Numbered from the stretch's first letter, positions 10,901 to 23,639 are shown. The stretch is 47,054 nt of DNA from Nemertoderma westbladi (GCA_032718475.1 JAUCBJ010009024.1:1-47054); one strand, 5' to 3'. Translations and numbers: made by a program. The notes: a model not told the origin generated them from the sequence alone.

Positions 10901-13900
10901 ATCCTGTAGGCGAACTTAGATCCTGTAGGCGAACTTAGATCCTGGAAGCGAACTTAGATCCTGGAAGTGAACTTAGAACCAATATCTGAACTTAGATCCT
11001 GGAGGCGAACTTAGATCCTGGAAGCGATCTTAGATCCTGGAAGCGAACTTAGATCCTGGAAGTGAACTTAGAACCAAGATCTGAACTTAGATCCTGTAGG
11101 CGAACTTAGATCCTGGAAGCTAACTTAGATCCTGGAAGTGAACTTAGATCCTGGAAGTGAACTTAGAACCAAGATCTGAGCTTAGATCCTGGAGGCGAAC
11201 TTAGATCCTGGAAGCGAACCTAGATCCTGCAAGCGAACTTAGATCCTGGAGGCGAACTTAGATCCTGGAAGCGAACTTAGATCCTGGAAGTGAACTTAGA
11301 TCCTGGAAGCGAACTTAGATCCTGGAAGTGAACTTAGATCCTGGAAGCCAACTTAGATCCTGGAAGTGAACTTAGAACCAAGATCTGAACTTAGATCCTG
11401 GAGGCGAACTTAGATCCTGGAAGCGAACTTAGATCCTGGAAGTGAACTTAGAACCAATATCTGAACTTAGATCCTGGAGGCGAACTTAGATCCTGGAAGT
11501 GAACTTAGATCCTGGAAGTGAACTTAGAACCAATATCTGTACTTAGATCCTGGAGGCGAACTTAGATCCTGGAAGTGAACTTAGATCCTGGAAGTGAACT
11601 TAGAACCAATATCTGAACTTAGATCCTGGAGGCGAACTTAGATCCTGGAGGCGAACTTAGATCCTGGAAGTGAACTTAGATCCTGGAAGTGAACTTAGAA
11701 CCAATATCTGAACTTAGATCCTGGAGGCGAACTTAGATACTGGAAGTGAACTTAGATCCTGGAAGTGAACTTAGAACCAATATCTGAACTTAGATCCTGG
11801 AGGCGAACTTAGATCCTGGAAGTGAACTTAGATCCTGGAAGTGAACTTAGAACCAATATCTGAACTTAAATCCTGGAGGCGAACTTAGATCCTGGAAGTG
11901 AACTTAGATCCTGAAAGTGAACTTAGAACCAATATCTGAACTTAGATCCTGGAGGCGAACTTAGATCCTGGAGGCGAACTTAGATCCTGGAAGTGAACTT
12001 AGATCCTGGAAGTGAACTTACAACCAATATCTGAACTTAGATCCTGGAGGCGAACTTAGATCCTGGAAGTGAACTTAGATCCTGGAAGTGAACTTAGAAG
12101 CAATATCTGAACTTAGATCCTGGAGGCGAACCTAGATCCTGGAAGCGAACTTAGATCCTGCAAGTGAACTTAGAACCAATATCTGAACTTAGATCCTGGA
12201 GGCGAACTTAGATCCTGGAAGCGAACTTAGATCCTTGAAGCGATCTTAGATCCTGGAAGTGAACTTAGAACCAACATCTGAACTTAGATCCTATGGCGAA
12301 CTTAGATCCTGTAGGCGATCTTAGATCCTGGAAGCGAACTTAGATCCTGGAAGTGAACTTAGCACCAATATCTGAACTTAGATCCTGTAGGCGAACTTAG
12401 ATCCTGTAGGCGAACTTAGATCCTGGAAGCGAACTTAGATCCTGGAAGCGAACTTAGATCCTTGAAGTGAACTTAGATCCTGGAAGCGAACTTAGATCCT
12501 GGAAGTGAACTTAGATCCTGGAAGCAAACTTAGATCCTGGAAGTGAACTTAGAACCAAGATCTGAACTTAGATCCTGTAGGCGAACTTAGATCCTGTAGG
12601 CGAACTTAGATCCTGGAAGCGAACTTAGATCCTGGAAGTGAACTTAGAACCAAGATCTGAACTTAGATCCTGTACTGCGAACTTAGATCCTGTAGGCGAA
12701 CTTAGATCCTGGAAGCGAACTTAGATCCTGGAAGTGAACTTAGAACCAATATCTGAACTTAGATCCTGGAGGCGAACTTAGATCCTGGAAGCGATCTTAG
12801 ATCCTGGAAGCGAACTTAGATCCTGGAAGTGAACTTAGAACCAAGATCTGAACTGGAATCCTGTAGGCGAACTTAGATCCTGGAAGTGAACTTAGAACCA
12901 AGATCTGAACTTAGATCCTGTAGCGAACTTAGATCCTGTAGGCGAACTTAGATCCTGGAAGCGAACTTAGATCCTGGAAGTGAACTTAGAACCAATATCT
13001 GAACTTAGATCCTGGAGGCGAACTTAGATCCTGGAAGCGATCTTAGATCCTGGAAGCGAACTTAGATCCTGGAAGTGAACTTAGAACCAATATCTGAACT
13101 TAGATCCTGGAAGCGAACTTAGATCCTGGAAGTGAACTTAGATCCTGGAAGTGAACCTAGATCCTGGAAGTGAACATAGATCCTGGAAGTGAACTTAGAT
13201 CCAATGATCTGAACTTAGATCCTGGAGGCGAACTTAGATCCTGGAAGCGAACTTAGATCCTGGAAGTGAACTTAGAACCAATATCTGAACTTAGATCCTG
13301 TAGGCGAACTTAGATCCTGTAAGCGAACTTAGATCCTTGAAGCGATCTTAAATCCTGGAAGCGAACTTAGATCCTGGAAGCGAACTTAGATCCTGGAAGC
13401 GAACTTAGATCCTGGAAGTGAACTAACCAAGATCTGAACTTAGATCCTGGAGGCGAACTTAGATCCTGGAAGCAAACTTAGATCCTGGAAGTGAACTTAG
13501 AACCAAGATCTGAACTTAGATCCTGTAGGCGAACTTAGATCCTGGAAGCGAACTTAGATCCTGAAAGTGAACTTAGAACCAACATCTGAACTTAGATCCT
13601 GGATGCGAACTTAGATCCTGGAAGCGATCTTAGATCCTGGAAGCGAACTTAGATCCTGGAAGTGAACTTAGATCCTGGAAGCGAACTTAGATCCTGGAAG
13701 TGAACTTAGAACCAAGATCTGAACTTAGATCCTGTAGGCGAACTTAGATCCTGTACGCGAACTTAGATCCTGGAAGCGAACTTAGATCCTGGAAGTGAAC
13801 TTAGAACCAATATCTGAACTTAGATCCTGTAGGCGAACTTAGATCCTGTAGGCGAACTTAGATCCTGTAGGCGAACTTAGATCCTGGAAGCGAACTTAGA

Positions 13901-14010
13901 TCCTGGAAGTGAACTTAGAACCAATATCTGAACTTAGATCCTGGAGGCGAACTTAGATCCTGGAAGTGAACTTAGATCCTGGAAGTGAACGAACCAAGAT
14001 CTGAACTTAG
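7990..14010. repeat. 19-bp satellite, ~315 units, with higher-order structure
   Basis: Unit is gaacttaga plus one of tcctggaagc, tcctggaagt, tcctgtaggc, tcctggaggc or accaa(t/g)atct. No long ORFs in any frame. Confidence 0.98.
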
Positions 14011-14424
14011 TTTATTAACTTCTGAAAAATTAAACTTCTGAATTAAAATACTTAAATGATTATATTTTGCTATTATACTAATTAATATACAAGTTAATTA
14101 ATGAATTATAAAACGTACCACCGATACAACTATTATTATTCTTTACATTTCACCGGGCCTTGACCCATTGTGCCTATCCTATACTGTACTTAAAAACAAT
14201 ATATCATAAATAATATAATTTGTATGTTCGGTTACCTACCCCGTCGGCTAACTCGCCCCACTAACTAAATCTGGATCCCCGAGTGGCCAAAATCTCACCT
14301 CATTCATCGCAAAGGTGCAGTACGATCTTCTGTATAATTAAATGGTGCGGAATAAAATAAACTATGTTAAGTTATATTGCGCCATTGCGTTGCGTTGCGT
14401 GTTTTCCAAGAACCCCATTATATG

Positions 14425-14663
14425 GGGGGTAAACTCTACGCCTACTCTTACAGCAAATGCCTAGACACGCCTACACATACAGTACATATACCTGTCTGCC
14501 GGTAAGCCAATACATCTTACTGTTGATCCTCAAACTGCTGATTATCAATTAAATAAATGGTTCCTATCTCTCATTTATTGTTTAGGTTACATTCAACTCG
14601 CTTCTGTAACCTGCTTCTTTACTAAACTGCCTACAAGTAGGAGTAGGTGTAAAGTTTAGCCCC
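14425..14663. mobile_element. MITE with 9-bp TSD (Mutator-like)
   Basis: TIRs GGGGGTAAACTCTACGCCTACTC / reverse complement GGGGCTAAACTTTACACCTACTC. The 9-mer cattatatg flanks both sides (14416-14424, 14664-14672). Confidence 0.75.
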
Positions 14664-15000
14664 CATTATATGTGATACTACTTACTTTCTCAGTTTATAA
14701 TGCAATGTCTGCCCTTTTCATTATCATTATCTCGTCTAAACTTGTGTTATTAAAAACAAATACGTGATAAAAATAAATTAAAATATAAAAAGCCACCCAC
14801 CCACATGATGGACATATGTATATAACTAGTTTATTTCCAGGCAAGAAGGGTTGATTCGGTTATTAGAAGGATTCTTTCATGCAAGTTTATTTTATGCATG
14901 CAGCATATTAAAATATCAACTATCAATTTAATATATTATCATACTCTCTCCAAAAATAAAAAAATATTGTCCCAATAAATTATTATTTTTAATTGGTTAT

Positions 15001-18000
15001 ATTGAAAAATATCGAAACATGAAAAATATCGAGAGTAAAAATATCGAGTGTTGAAAAATAACGATAATATCGAGAATTCAAAAAATATCGAGAGTAAAAA
15101 AAAATATCGAGAGTAAAAAAAAATATCGAGCGTTGAAAAATATCGAGAGTAAAAATATCGAATGTTGAAAAATATAGAGAGTACAAATATCGAGTGTGGA
15201 AAAATATAGGGTGTTGAAAAATATCGAGAGTACAAATATCGAGTGTGGAAAAATATAGAGTGTTGAAAAATATAGAGTGTTGAAAAATATCGAGTGTTGA
15301 AAAATATCGAGTGTTTAAAAATATCGAGAGTAAAAATATCGAGTGTTGAAAAATATCAAGAGTAAAAATATCGAGTGTTGAAAAATATTGAGAGTAAAAA
15401 TATCAATAGTAACAATTATTTTTAATAAGGGTTGTATGATAATTGTTTTCCTAAAAATGTTCTAATACAAAAAAATGTGTTCTAGTTCTAGTTAAAATGT
15501 GTTCTATGTGTTCTAAAAAGTGTTCTAGTAAAAATATCGCGAATAAAAATATCACGAGTAAAAATAACGAGTGTTGAAAATATATCGAGAGTAAAAATAT
15601 CGAGTGTTGAAAAATATCGAGTGTTGAAAAACATCGAGAGTAAAAATATCGAGAGTGAAAATATCGAGTGTTAAACTACATAGAGAGTAAAAATATCGAG
15701 TGTTGAAAAATATTGAGTGTTGAAAATATCGAGAGTAAAAATATCGAATGTTGAAAAATATCAAATGTTGAAAAATATCGAGTGTTGAAAAATATCGAGA
15801 GTAAAAATATCGAGTGTTGAAAATTATCGAGAGTAAAAATATCGAGTGTTGAAAAATATCGAGAGTAAAAATATCGAGTGTTGAAAAATATCGAGAATAA
15901 AAATATCGAGTGTTGAAAAATATCGAGAGTAAAAATATCGAGTGTTGAAAAATATCGAGTGTTGAAAAATATTGAGTGTTGAAAAATATCGAGAGTAAAA
16001 ATATCGAGTGTTGAAAAATATCGAGAGTAAAAATATCGAGTGTTGAAAAATATCGAGAGTAAAAATATCGAGTGTTGAAAAATATCGAGAGTAAAAATAT
16101 CGAGTGTTGAAAAATATCAAGAGTAAAAATATCGAGTGTTGAAAAATATCGAGAGTACAAATATCGAGTATTGAAAAATATCGAGTGTTGAAAAATATCG
16201 AGTGTTTAAAAATATCGAGAGTAAAAATATCGAGTGTTGAAAAATATCGAGTGTTTAAAAATATCGAGAGTAAAAATATCGAGTGTTGAAAAATATCAAG
16301 AGTAAAAATATCGAGTGTTGAAAAATATTGAGAGTAAAAATATCAATAGTAACAATTATTTTTAATAAGGGTTGTATGATAATTGTTTTCCTAAAAATGT
16401 TCTAATACAAAAAAATGTGTTCTAGTTCTAGTTAAAATGTGTTCTATGTGTTCTAAAAAGTGTTCTAGTAAAAATATCGCGAATAAAAATATCACGAGTA
16501 AAAATAACGAGTGTTGAAAATATATCGAGAGTAAAAATATCGAGTGTTGAAAAATATCGAGTGTTGAAAAACATCGAGAGTAAAAATATCGAGAGTGAAA
16601 ATATCGAGTGTTAAACTACATAGAGAGTAAAAATATCGAGTGTTGAAAAATATTGAGTGTTGAAAATATCGAGAGTAAAAATATCGAATGTTGAAAAATA
16701 TCAAATGTTGAAAAATATCGAGTGTTGAAAAATATCGAGAGTAAAAATATCGAGTGTTGAAAATTATCGAGAGTAAAAATATCGAGTGTTGAAAAATATC
16801 GAGGGTAAAAATATCGAGTGTTGAAAAATATCGAGAATAAAAATATCGAGTGTTGAAAAATATCAAGAGTAAAATATCGAGTGTTGAAAAATATCGAGTG
16901 TTGAAAAATATCGAGTGTTGAAAAATATCGAGAGTAAAAATATCGAGTGTTGAAAAATATCGAGAGTAAAAATATCGAGTGTTGAAAAATATCGAGAGTA
17001 AAAATATCTAGTGTTGAAAAATATCGAGAGTAAAAATATCGAGTGTTGAAAAATATCAAGAGTAAAAATATCGAGTGTTGAAAAATATTGAGAGTAAAAA
17101 TATCAATAGTAACAATTATTTTTAATAAGGGTTGTATGATAATTGTTTTCCTAAAAATGTTCTAATACAAAAAAATGTGTTCTAGTTCTAGTTAAAATGT
17201 GTTCTATGTGTTCTGAAAAGTGTTCTAGTAAAAATATCGCGAATAAAAATATCACGAGTAAAAATAACGAGTGTTGAAAATATCGAGAGTAAAAATATGA
17301 GTGTTGAAAAATATCGAGAGTAAAAATATCGAGAGTAAAAATAACGAGTGTCGAAAAATATCGAGTGTTGAAAATATCGAGTGTTGAAAAATATCGAGTG
17401 TTGAAAAATATCGAGAGTAAAAATATCGAGTGTTGAAAATATCGAGTGTTGAAAAATATCGAGAGTAAAAATATCGAGAGTGAAAATATCGAGTGTTAAA
17501 ATATATCGAGAGTAAAAATATAGAGTGTTGAAATATATCGAGTGTTGAAAAACATCGAGAGTAAAAATATCGAGAGTGAAAATATCGAGTGTTAAACTAC
17601 ATAGAGAGTAAAAATATCGAGTGTTGAAAAATATCGAGTGTTGAAAATATCGAGAGTAAAAATATCGAATGTTGAAAAATATCAAATGTTGAAAAATATC
17701 GAGTGTTGAAAAATATCGAGAGTAAAAATATCGAGTGTTGAAAATTATCGAGAGTAAAAATATCGAGTGTTGAAAAATATCGAGAGTAAAAATATCGAGT
17801 GTTGAAAAATATCGAGAATAAAAATATCGAGTGTTGAAAAATATCGAGAGTAAAAATATCGAGTGTTGAAAAATATCGAGTGTTGAAAAATATCGAGTGT
17901 TGAAAAATATCGAGAGTAAAAATATCGAGTGTTGAAAAATTTAATATCGAGAGTAAAAATATCGAGTGTTGAAAAATATCGAGAGTAAAAATATCGAGTG

Positions 18001-18587
18001 TTGAAAAATATCGAGAGTAAAAATATCGAGTGTTGAAAAATATCAAGAGTAAAAATATCGAGTGTTGAAAAATATTGAGAGTAAAAATATCAATAGTAAC
18101 AATTATTTTTAATAAGGGTTGTATGATAATTGTTTTCCTAAAAATGTTCTAATACAAAAAAATGTGTTCTAGTTCTAGTTAAAATGTGTTCTATGTGTTC
18201 TAAAAAGTGTTCTAGTAAAAATATCGCGAATAAAAATATCACGAGTAAAAATAACGAGTGTTGAAAATATCGAGAGTAAAAATATGAGTGTTGAAAAATA
18301 TCGAGAGTAAAAATATCGAGAGTAAAAATAACGAGTGTCGAAAAATATCGAGTGTTGAAAATATCGAGTGTTGAAAAATATCGAGTGTTGAAAAATATCG
18401 AGAGTAAAAATATCGAGTGTTGAAAATATCGAGTGTTGAAAAATATCGAGAGTAAAAATATCGAGAGTGAAAATATCGAGTGTTAAAATATATCGAGAGT
18501 AAAAATATCGAGTGTTGAAAAATATCGAGTGTTGAAAAATATCGAAAGTAAAAATATCGAGAGTGAAAATATCGAGTGTTAAACTAC
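15001..18587. repeat. Composite AT-rich satellite of 15- and 17-bp units with a recurring linker
   Basis: Units aaaaatatcgagagt and aaaaatatcgagtgttg. A near-identical ~130-bp linker starts at 15401, 16341, 17101 and 18088. Confidence 0.97.
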
Positions 18588-19839
18588 TGTAAGGGTCCAG
18601 TAGTATACCGCTTACCAGATCCTAGTAACGATGTATCTTACTATGAGACTCTAGTAATGTATACGGGCTCGTACAGTATCTGACAACAAATCCCAGTCCA
18701 GGATATCTAAACAAACAGATACAGTACACAAACGACTACTGGCGAGGAACAGAGCCTTGTATCTATCCTATGTACGTGAGCGGGTCGAATGCCTACGTAC
18801 TAGACAGAAGGATACCTGTCCTCTAACCGGTGAGGCAGATGTACAGTTACAGTAACAGACCAAACTCACGGGAAAACAATCCCCGCGCAGCGAATCCTAA
18901 CTATCACTGACAGTCCTAAATACAATAACTTGCCGCGGTGTGATTTATATGGTTTATATACGAACTAGGTGGTTAACAGACCTAGTGTAACAATGCTGAT
19001 CATCCCTGTCGAAATCAGCCTAAAAGTCGTGCCTAAATGTAACAATAACTGATCCCCCTGTACGAAATCAGTCTAAAGGGTCAAGTCTAAATGTAACAAT
19101 AACTGCTGGATAGAAATCAACAGTTTAATAACGAAAGTGAAATACTCCTTATCGCCGCAACTAAATCAGATCCTAATTTTACAAATACAGATAATTTCCA
19201 CCTAAAGTAATGTATAGTGCGCTATAGCTAGTAGAACTTTAAGGGCAATATGTTTTAGGGCGTGTGTGTGTGGGTGTGTTACAAATAAAACAATTTCGTG
19301 TAATTCCTTTTACTAGGTTTTAGTGATTTTCTGACTAAAATGATACCGTGCGCTAGCTACTAAAATAAACTAGTCGCGTTTGTAGAACTTTATACTCACG
19401 AATGACGTCAAAGCTCTCTCCTTCCTATCCACAACCCAATGGGCAACCACAGTGTTAGTAACTACACCCGTGATCGGCACTAATACCAGATTCTGGTTGT
19501 AAGATAAGAATAGGGGTTAATCGCTACCGTACGTTAGCTGATCTGGTATACTAATTTAATTCTAGAACTTTGTTGCCGCGGTAGTTAGCAGCAATACCTA
19601 TCAGTACGTGGCAAGGCGCGGTAGGATATTAATAAAACCTCCCTAGGCCAAGCAGTGTGCCGGTAGCAGAAATGCTCCTTGCCTGATCAAATAGCTAACT
19701 CCAGACAGGGGGGGGGGGGGGGGTACTAATGTACGTTCTACAAAGCGAACCGGTACCAAACAGTCAGTGCTATGAATCACTAAATTATGGAACATATGCT
19801 GTCCGTACCTAATATGTACTCGCGTACTGACGAATGGCT

Positions 19840-21147
19840 ACCATCATTACTACCAGTACTAAGCAAAATTCTAGAACAATTAATTAATGAACAATTACAA
19901 TCCTACTTAAACAAATACTCCATAATTACAGAATCCCAATACGGCTTTAGACCAAAAACAACCACCTCTCACGCACTACTATCTATAACGGAAAAAATTA
20001 ACTCTATGTTTGATTGCCATCATTCAACATGCGCCTTATACATTGACCTTAAAAAGGCCTTTGATACCATAGACCACAAAATCCTTATTAATAAGCTTGA
20101 GACCTATGGTATCAGAGGCCTACCCCTTCAACTTATTTCTAGTTTCCTCTCTAATCGCAAACAATTTGTCTCCATCGACGGCATTAATTCAACTTTATTA
20201 CCTATCATTTGTGGTGTCCCCCAGGGATCGGTCCTCTCTCCCATACTATTTCTCATTTTTATTAATGACTTACCCAAAGCAACAAACTTACTTTGTACAC
20301 TTTTCGCTGACGACACAACTCTACTCAACTCACATCGTGATATCCACTCATTAATATCTAGTACAAACAGTGAATTAACAAAAATCTACGACTGGTTACG
20401 TGACAATAAACTATTACTAAACCTGAAGAAAACTGAGTACACCATATTTACTAACCTTCCTATTCCTTCTACCACCAACAACAGATTACAACTAAAAATT
20501 AACAACACCGATATCAAACAGACAGACAACACAAAATTACTTGGCATTTGGATAGATTCAAAACTGAAGTGGAAAACACATATAAATCAGGTACTCAAAA
20601 AAATTTCTAAATCCAGCGGTATTTTCTATAAACTTAGACACATATTTCCTCTACATATACTCAGAACCCTCTACTTTTCACTGATCCATCCCTACGTTAA
20701 TTATGGGATCCTGGTATGGGGTAACACCCATTCCACAACACTGAAACCACTACGTACAAAAATCAATAAACTTTTACGCTGTATTACATTTTCACACTAC
20801 AGATCATCCTCAATTCCCATTTACAAACAATTAAATATTTTACCACTTAACAAACTCTATGAACTATCAGTTTGCACCTTCATGTACGATATTTATTCGA
20901 AAACCATAAGCCCAAATTCCAACCTCGGTAAACTATTCCAAAAACGTTCTTCAGCAGCGCACGTTCTACCCGCAGCGCCTCCCATGGCAACTTCTCAATA
21001 CCACTATGTCACCTAACTTCCTCACAGAGATCAGTGAGTTTTCGAGGACCCTCGATCTGGAATTCTGTGCCACTAGAGATACGCAATAAAAAATCAAAAT
21101 CGTCTTTTACGTCAAACTTAAAAAACCACTTATTTTCAGAGCTGTAA
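19840..21147 (+). pseudogene. LINE ORF2 RT fragment with one frameshift near 20960
   Basis: Motifs QYGFR, DLKKAFDTIDH, GVPQGSVLSP, LFADD, YGILVWG. The C-terminus continues in another frame as RSTRS...SFRGPSIWNSVP...LKNHLFSEL*, with the stop at 21145-21147. Confidence 0.88.
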
Positions 21148-21564
21148 CATTTACCGTTAATTTTAATTTTAATATTCAATCATACAAAAATAAAGGTAAT
21201 AATCCCAATAAAAATTGAAACAGAATTAAAATATATGCGAACCACAATATAGTTAAACTACTTGATTTACGTTACACAATACATACGTGTATGTGTTCGG
21301 TAATATATGCCTACATTCGAAATTTCAAAAGGACCAGGCACCCCCCCCCCCCCCCCCCTGTTGGTTCTGGCCACCACAGCAAGACGGCACTAGCCTGGCT
21401 ATTAGTCTTCTGTGGTGGTCGTCTCACACTATAAATTTTTTTTTTCTTTTGTTTTTTAAATATTGGTTAAATTGTATTGTTTAATGTTGTTAATATGTAT
21501 TTAATATGTAACCAGCAGAAAGAAATAAATATCAAGTATCAAGTATCAAGTATCAAGTATCAAG
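19840..21564 (+). mobile_element. 5'-truncated CR1/L2-group LINE (Crack/Daphne-like)
   Basis: RT starts abruptly at SLLPVLSKILE. 3' UTR hairpin at 21369-21420, AATAAA, then a (TATCAAG)5 tail at 21530-21564. Confidence 0.88.
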
Positions 21565-22084
21565 TATGGCAATAGTTCGCACCTGTAGGAAGTACAGGTT
21601 AACCCAGGGATTCATAGGACTTGACAAAGGCGGGGGGTTTTGTCTGGATATAATTATTTGATCCTAAATTTGCGGCGTCCAGTACGGTGTCACGCTTACC
21701 CTGATCTATAGGTCTTACGGCGGGCAAGGGCGTCGAACAAAGTCTTACCTTCTCACAAAGCGGGCGCTGCATAGCAAGTGGAGTATTTCGAAGGGCAAAG
21801 GGGGTGCCGGTCAATCCAAATGTGGGCGCTAGCGTGTTGTGGACATCCCTTCCCTGCGTTGCTTACGGCCTAACGATCTAGGCTGCCATCTCCCTGATGT
21901 TCGGCTGTCCCGAAGTTGGACCAAAGGAAAACATGTCAGGAATTTGCAGTATATTTACAGTTTTACAAAAGGATTTATCAAATAAAGTTTCAACAAGAAA
22001 CCGAAATAAACTAATAACAATTTAGGAATAACGTTCTAAGAAGGTTATAAGGTGAATAACGTGATAACCGAAGGCAAACCGGCC

Positions 22085-22330
22085 TTTTTATACTAGAAAT
22101 TGCACATGGAAACTAAACAGAACTTTCCACAGCTTCACAATTGAGCAATGAAGTGCTTCGTGCTCTATGATTGGCCCAGCTCATCGTTCAACGCAGTCCG
22201 GCCCTTACACTAATCTGGGACATGGAATCCTAACAGAATTTTCCACTGCCTCACATTTGAGCAATAAGATAATTTATGCCCTATGATTGGCCTGGCTCAT
22301 CATTCGCTACGCTGTACGCTTCTCATTGGC
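22085..22330 (-). promoter_or_regulatory. Pol II promoter-like region with duplicated CCAAT module
   Basis: Minus-strand TATAAAAA at 22085-22092 and CCAAT at 22170, 22286 and 22325. A diverged direct repeat pairs 22105-22190 with 22221-22305. Confidence 0.45.
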
Positions 22331-22372
22331 CTACCAATTAGCACCACACGAAAATAAATGGCCCCAAAATAC

Positions 22373-22448
22373 AAATTTCCCGACTGGGATTCGAACTCGT
22401 AACCTATGTAATGTAACCAACGCCTTAACCATCTGACCACTACGCCAC
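22373..22448 (-). mobile_element. tRNA-derived SINE head or tRNA pseudogene
   Basis: Minus strand has an A box TGGTCAGATGG (22429-22439) and a B box GTTCGAATCC (22387-22396) at tRNA spacing. Acceptor and anticodon stems do not pair. Confidence 0.7.
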
Positions 22449-23216
22449 GAGAGTACCTAAAGGTTTTATGTGTACAAATATGAATAGGCATATTACATTA
22501 CTGTAACTCAATCAAAATACGTCGGATTTTCGAAAGTTTTTACGTTAAAGTTAAACTACAAATGCTACCTTATAGTGAAATAATTCATCACCGCTCCATG
22601 AAAACAGTAAGTAAGGCTGTTTTCACCAATCGAAATATAAAATATTTACAAACTATTTCTAAATTTACTGGTAGGGCCTAAAATATAAAATATAATCACT
22701 ATCTAATTATTGCATACTTAATATTGCAGATACGGCGTAAATACAATCGATCGTACATACAAATACAAATTTACGAATTAACTTTAGTGCCTAAAATACA
22801 AAAAAAGGCTTTCGGTTATCAAGGTAAGCAAATTAAACAAATCAGAGCAAATAAATCAAACAAATCAAACAAATAAATCAAACTCTTTCGATAAATCTTT
22901 ATATATATTGTAAATATACATAATAAACCTTCACCAAATTAAATCAGTCCAAATATAATATAAACATAATGCGCTAATAACTTTCAATAGTGTCCTCCTG
23001 ACGATCTGAAAAGTTCGTCCTGCTGGTCTGGATATCTTCTCCTGAGCACCAATTGCTAACGGTAGGCTCGCAAGCCTTCCTTTCCATATCTCGCTCCTCC
23101 AAACCCAACATTCAAACATAATGTCCAATATAAATATCCAAATAAAATATCCAAATATAATATCCAAATATAATATCCAAATCGGTAGGCTCGCAAGCCT
23201 TCCTTCCACTCGCTTT

Positions 23217-23639
23217 CTATTCCTTCGCTGAGCGGGCTCGTCCACGTCCTCTATTGCGATTGGGTGGTGGTCGAGGTCGAACTGGGCTCGGACTTCGGCG
23301 TCGAGTTGTCGGTGGTTCCAAAACGCTAGGAAAGGGGACGACGGGAGTTTCGCACATCCGTCGTGCGCTTAATCCTCTAAATCCTCGTCCGATTCCAACT
23401 GTCGACTTAACATCGGATCGAGTTTCTACAACGCTAGGAGGAAGTCGAAAGGGTAGGACTGTTCCGTCCGTTGACACCTCGCTCTCTGACGTCGTTTGAA
23501 TCCTAATGGGTTCAGTCAAAGCGTATCCTGTCCCTCCGCGTGGTTCTCCGGTGGTCACACACCTAGAATCGAACCTTGGGTCCACAGATAGTCTCTTCCG
23601 ATGCACCAACCTAGAGAGGATTTCAGCCCATAACACCAC
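23217..23639 (-). CDS. Possible exon encoding an Arg/Pro-rich protein of unknown function
   Basis: GC-rich 140-codon open frame in AT-rich surroundings, preceded by the acceptor-like ctctcag near 23640. No domain recognised. Confidence 0.35.
   Translation of the reverse strand: MVLWAEILSRLVHRKRLSVDPRFDSRCVTTGEPRGGTGYALTEPIRIQTTSESEVSTDGTVLPFRLPPSVVETRSDVKSTVGIGRGFRGLSARRMCETPVVPFPSVLEPPTTRRRSPSPVRPRPPPNRNRGRGRARSAKE

Larger units (their letters stand above)
18588..22209 (-). mobile_element. LTR-like segment interrupted by a LINE
   Basis: Begins tgtaaggg where the satellite breaks off, and cccttaca occurs at 22202-22209. Flanks are ctac and ctaa. Minus-strand TATA, CCAAT and TGACGTCA motifs lie inside. 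No pol ORF. Confidence 0.35.

Noticed and set aside
7990-14010. CRISPR-like alternation of constant and variable parts
   Set aside because: The constant part is only 9 nt, the variable parts are a few recurring 10-mers rather than unique spacers, no cas genes are present, and the context is eukaryotic.
14939-18046. Minus-strand ORFs rich in FFNTRYFYSRY
   Set aside because: Translations of the 15/17-bp satellite in stop-poor frames.
19787-19839. ATG start of the 409-aa RT ORF
   Set aside because: The first ~18 codons come from flanking DNA upstream of the LINE truncation point.
22373-22448. Functional tRNA gene
   Set aside because: Acceptor and anticodon stems do not form. Only the promoter boxes remain.
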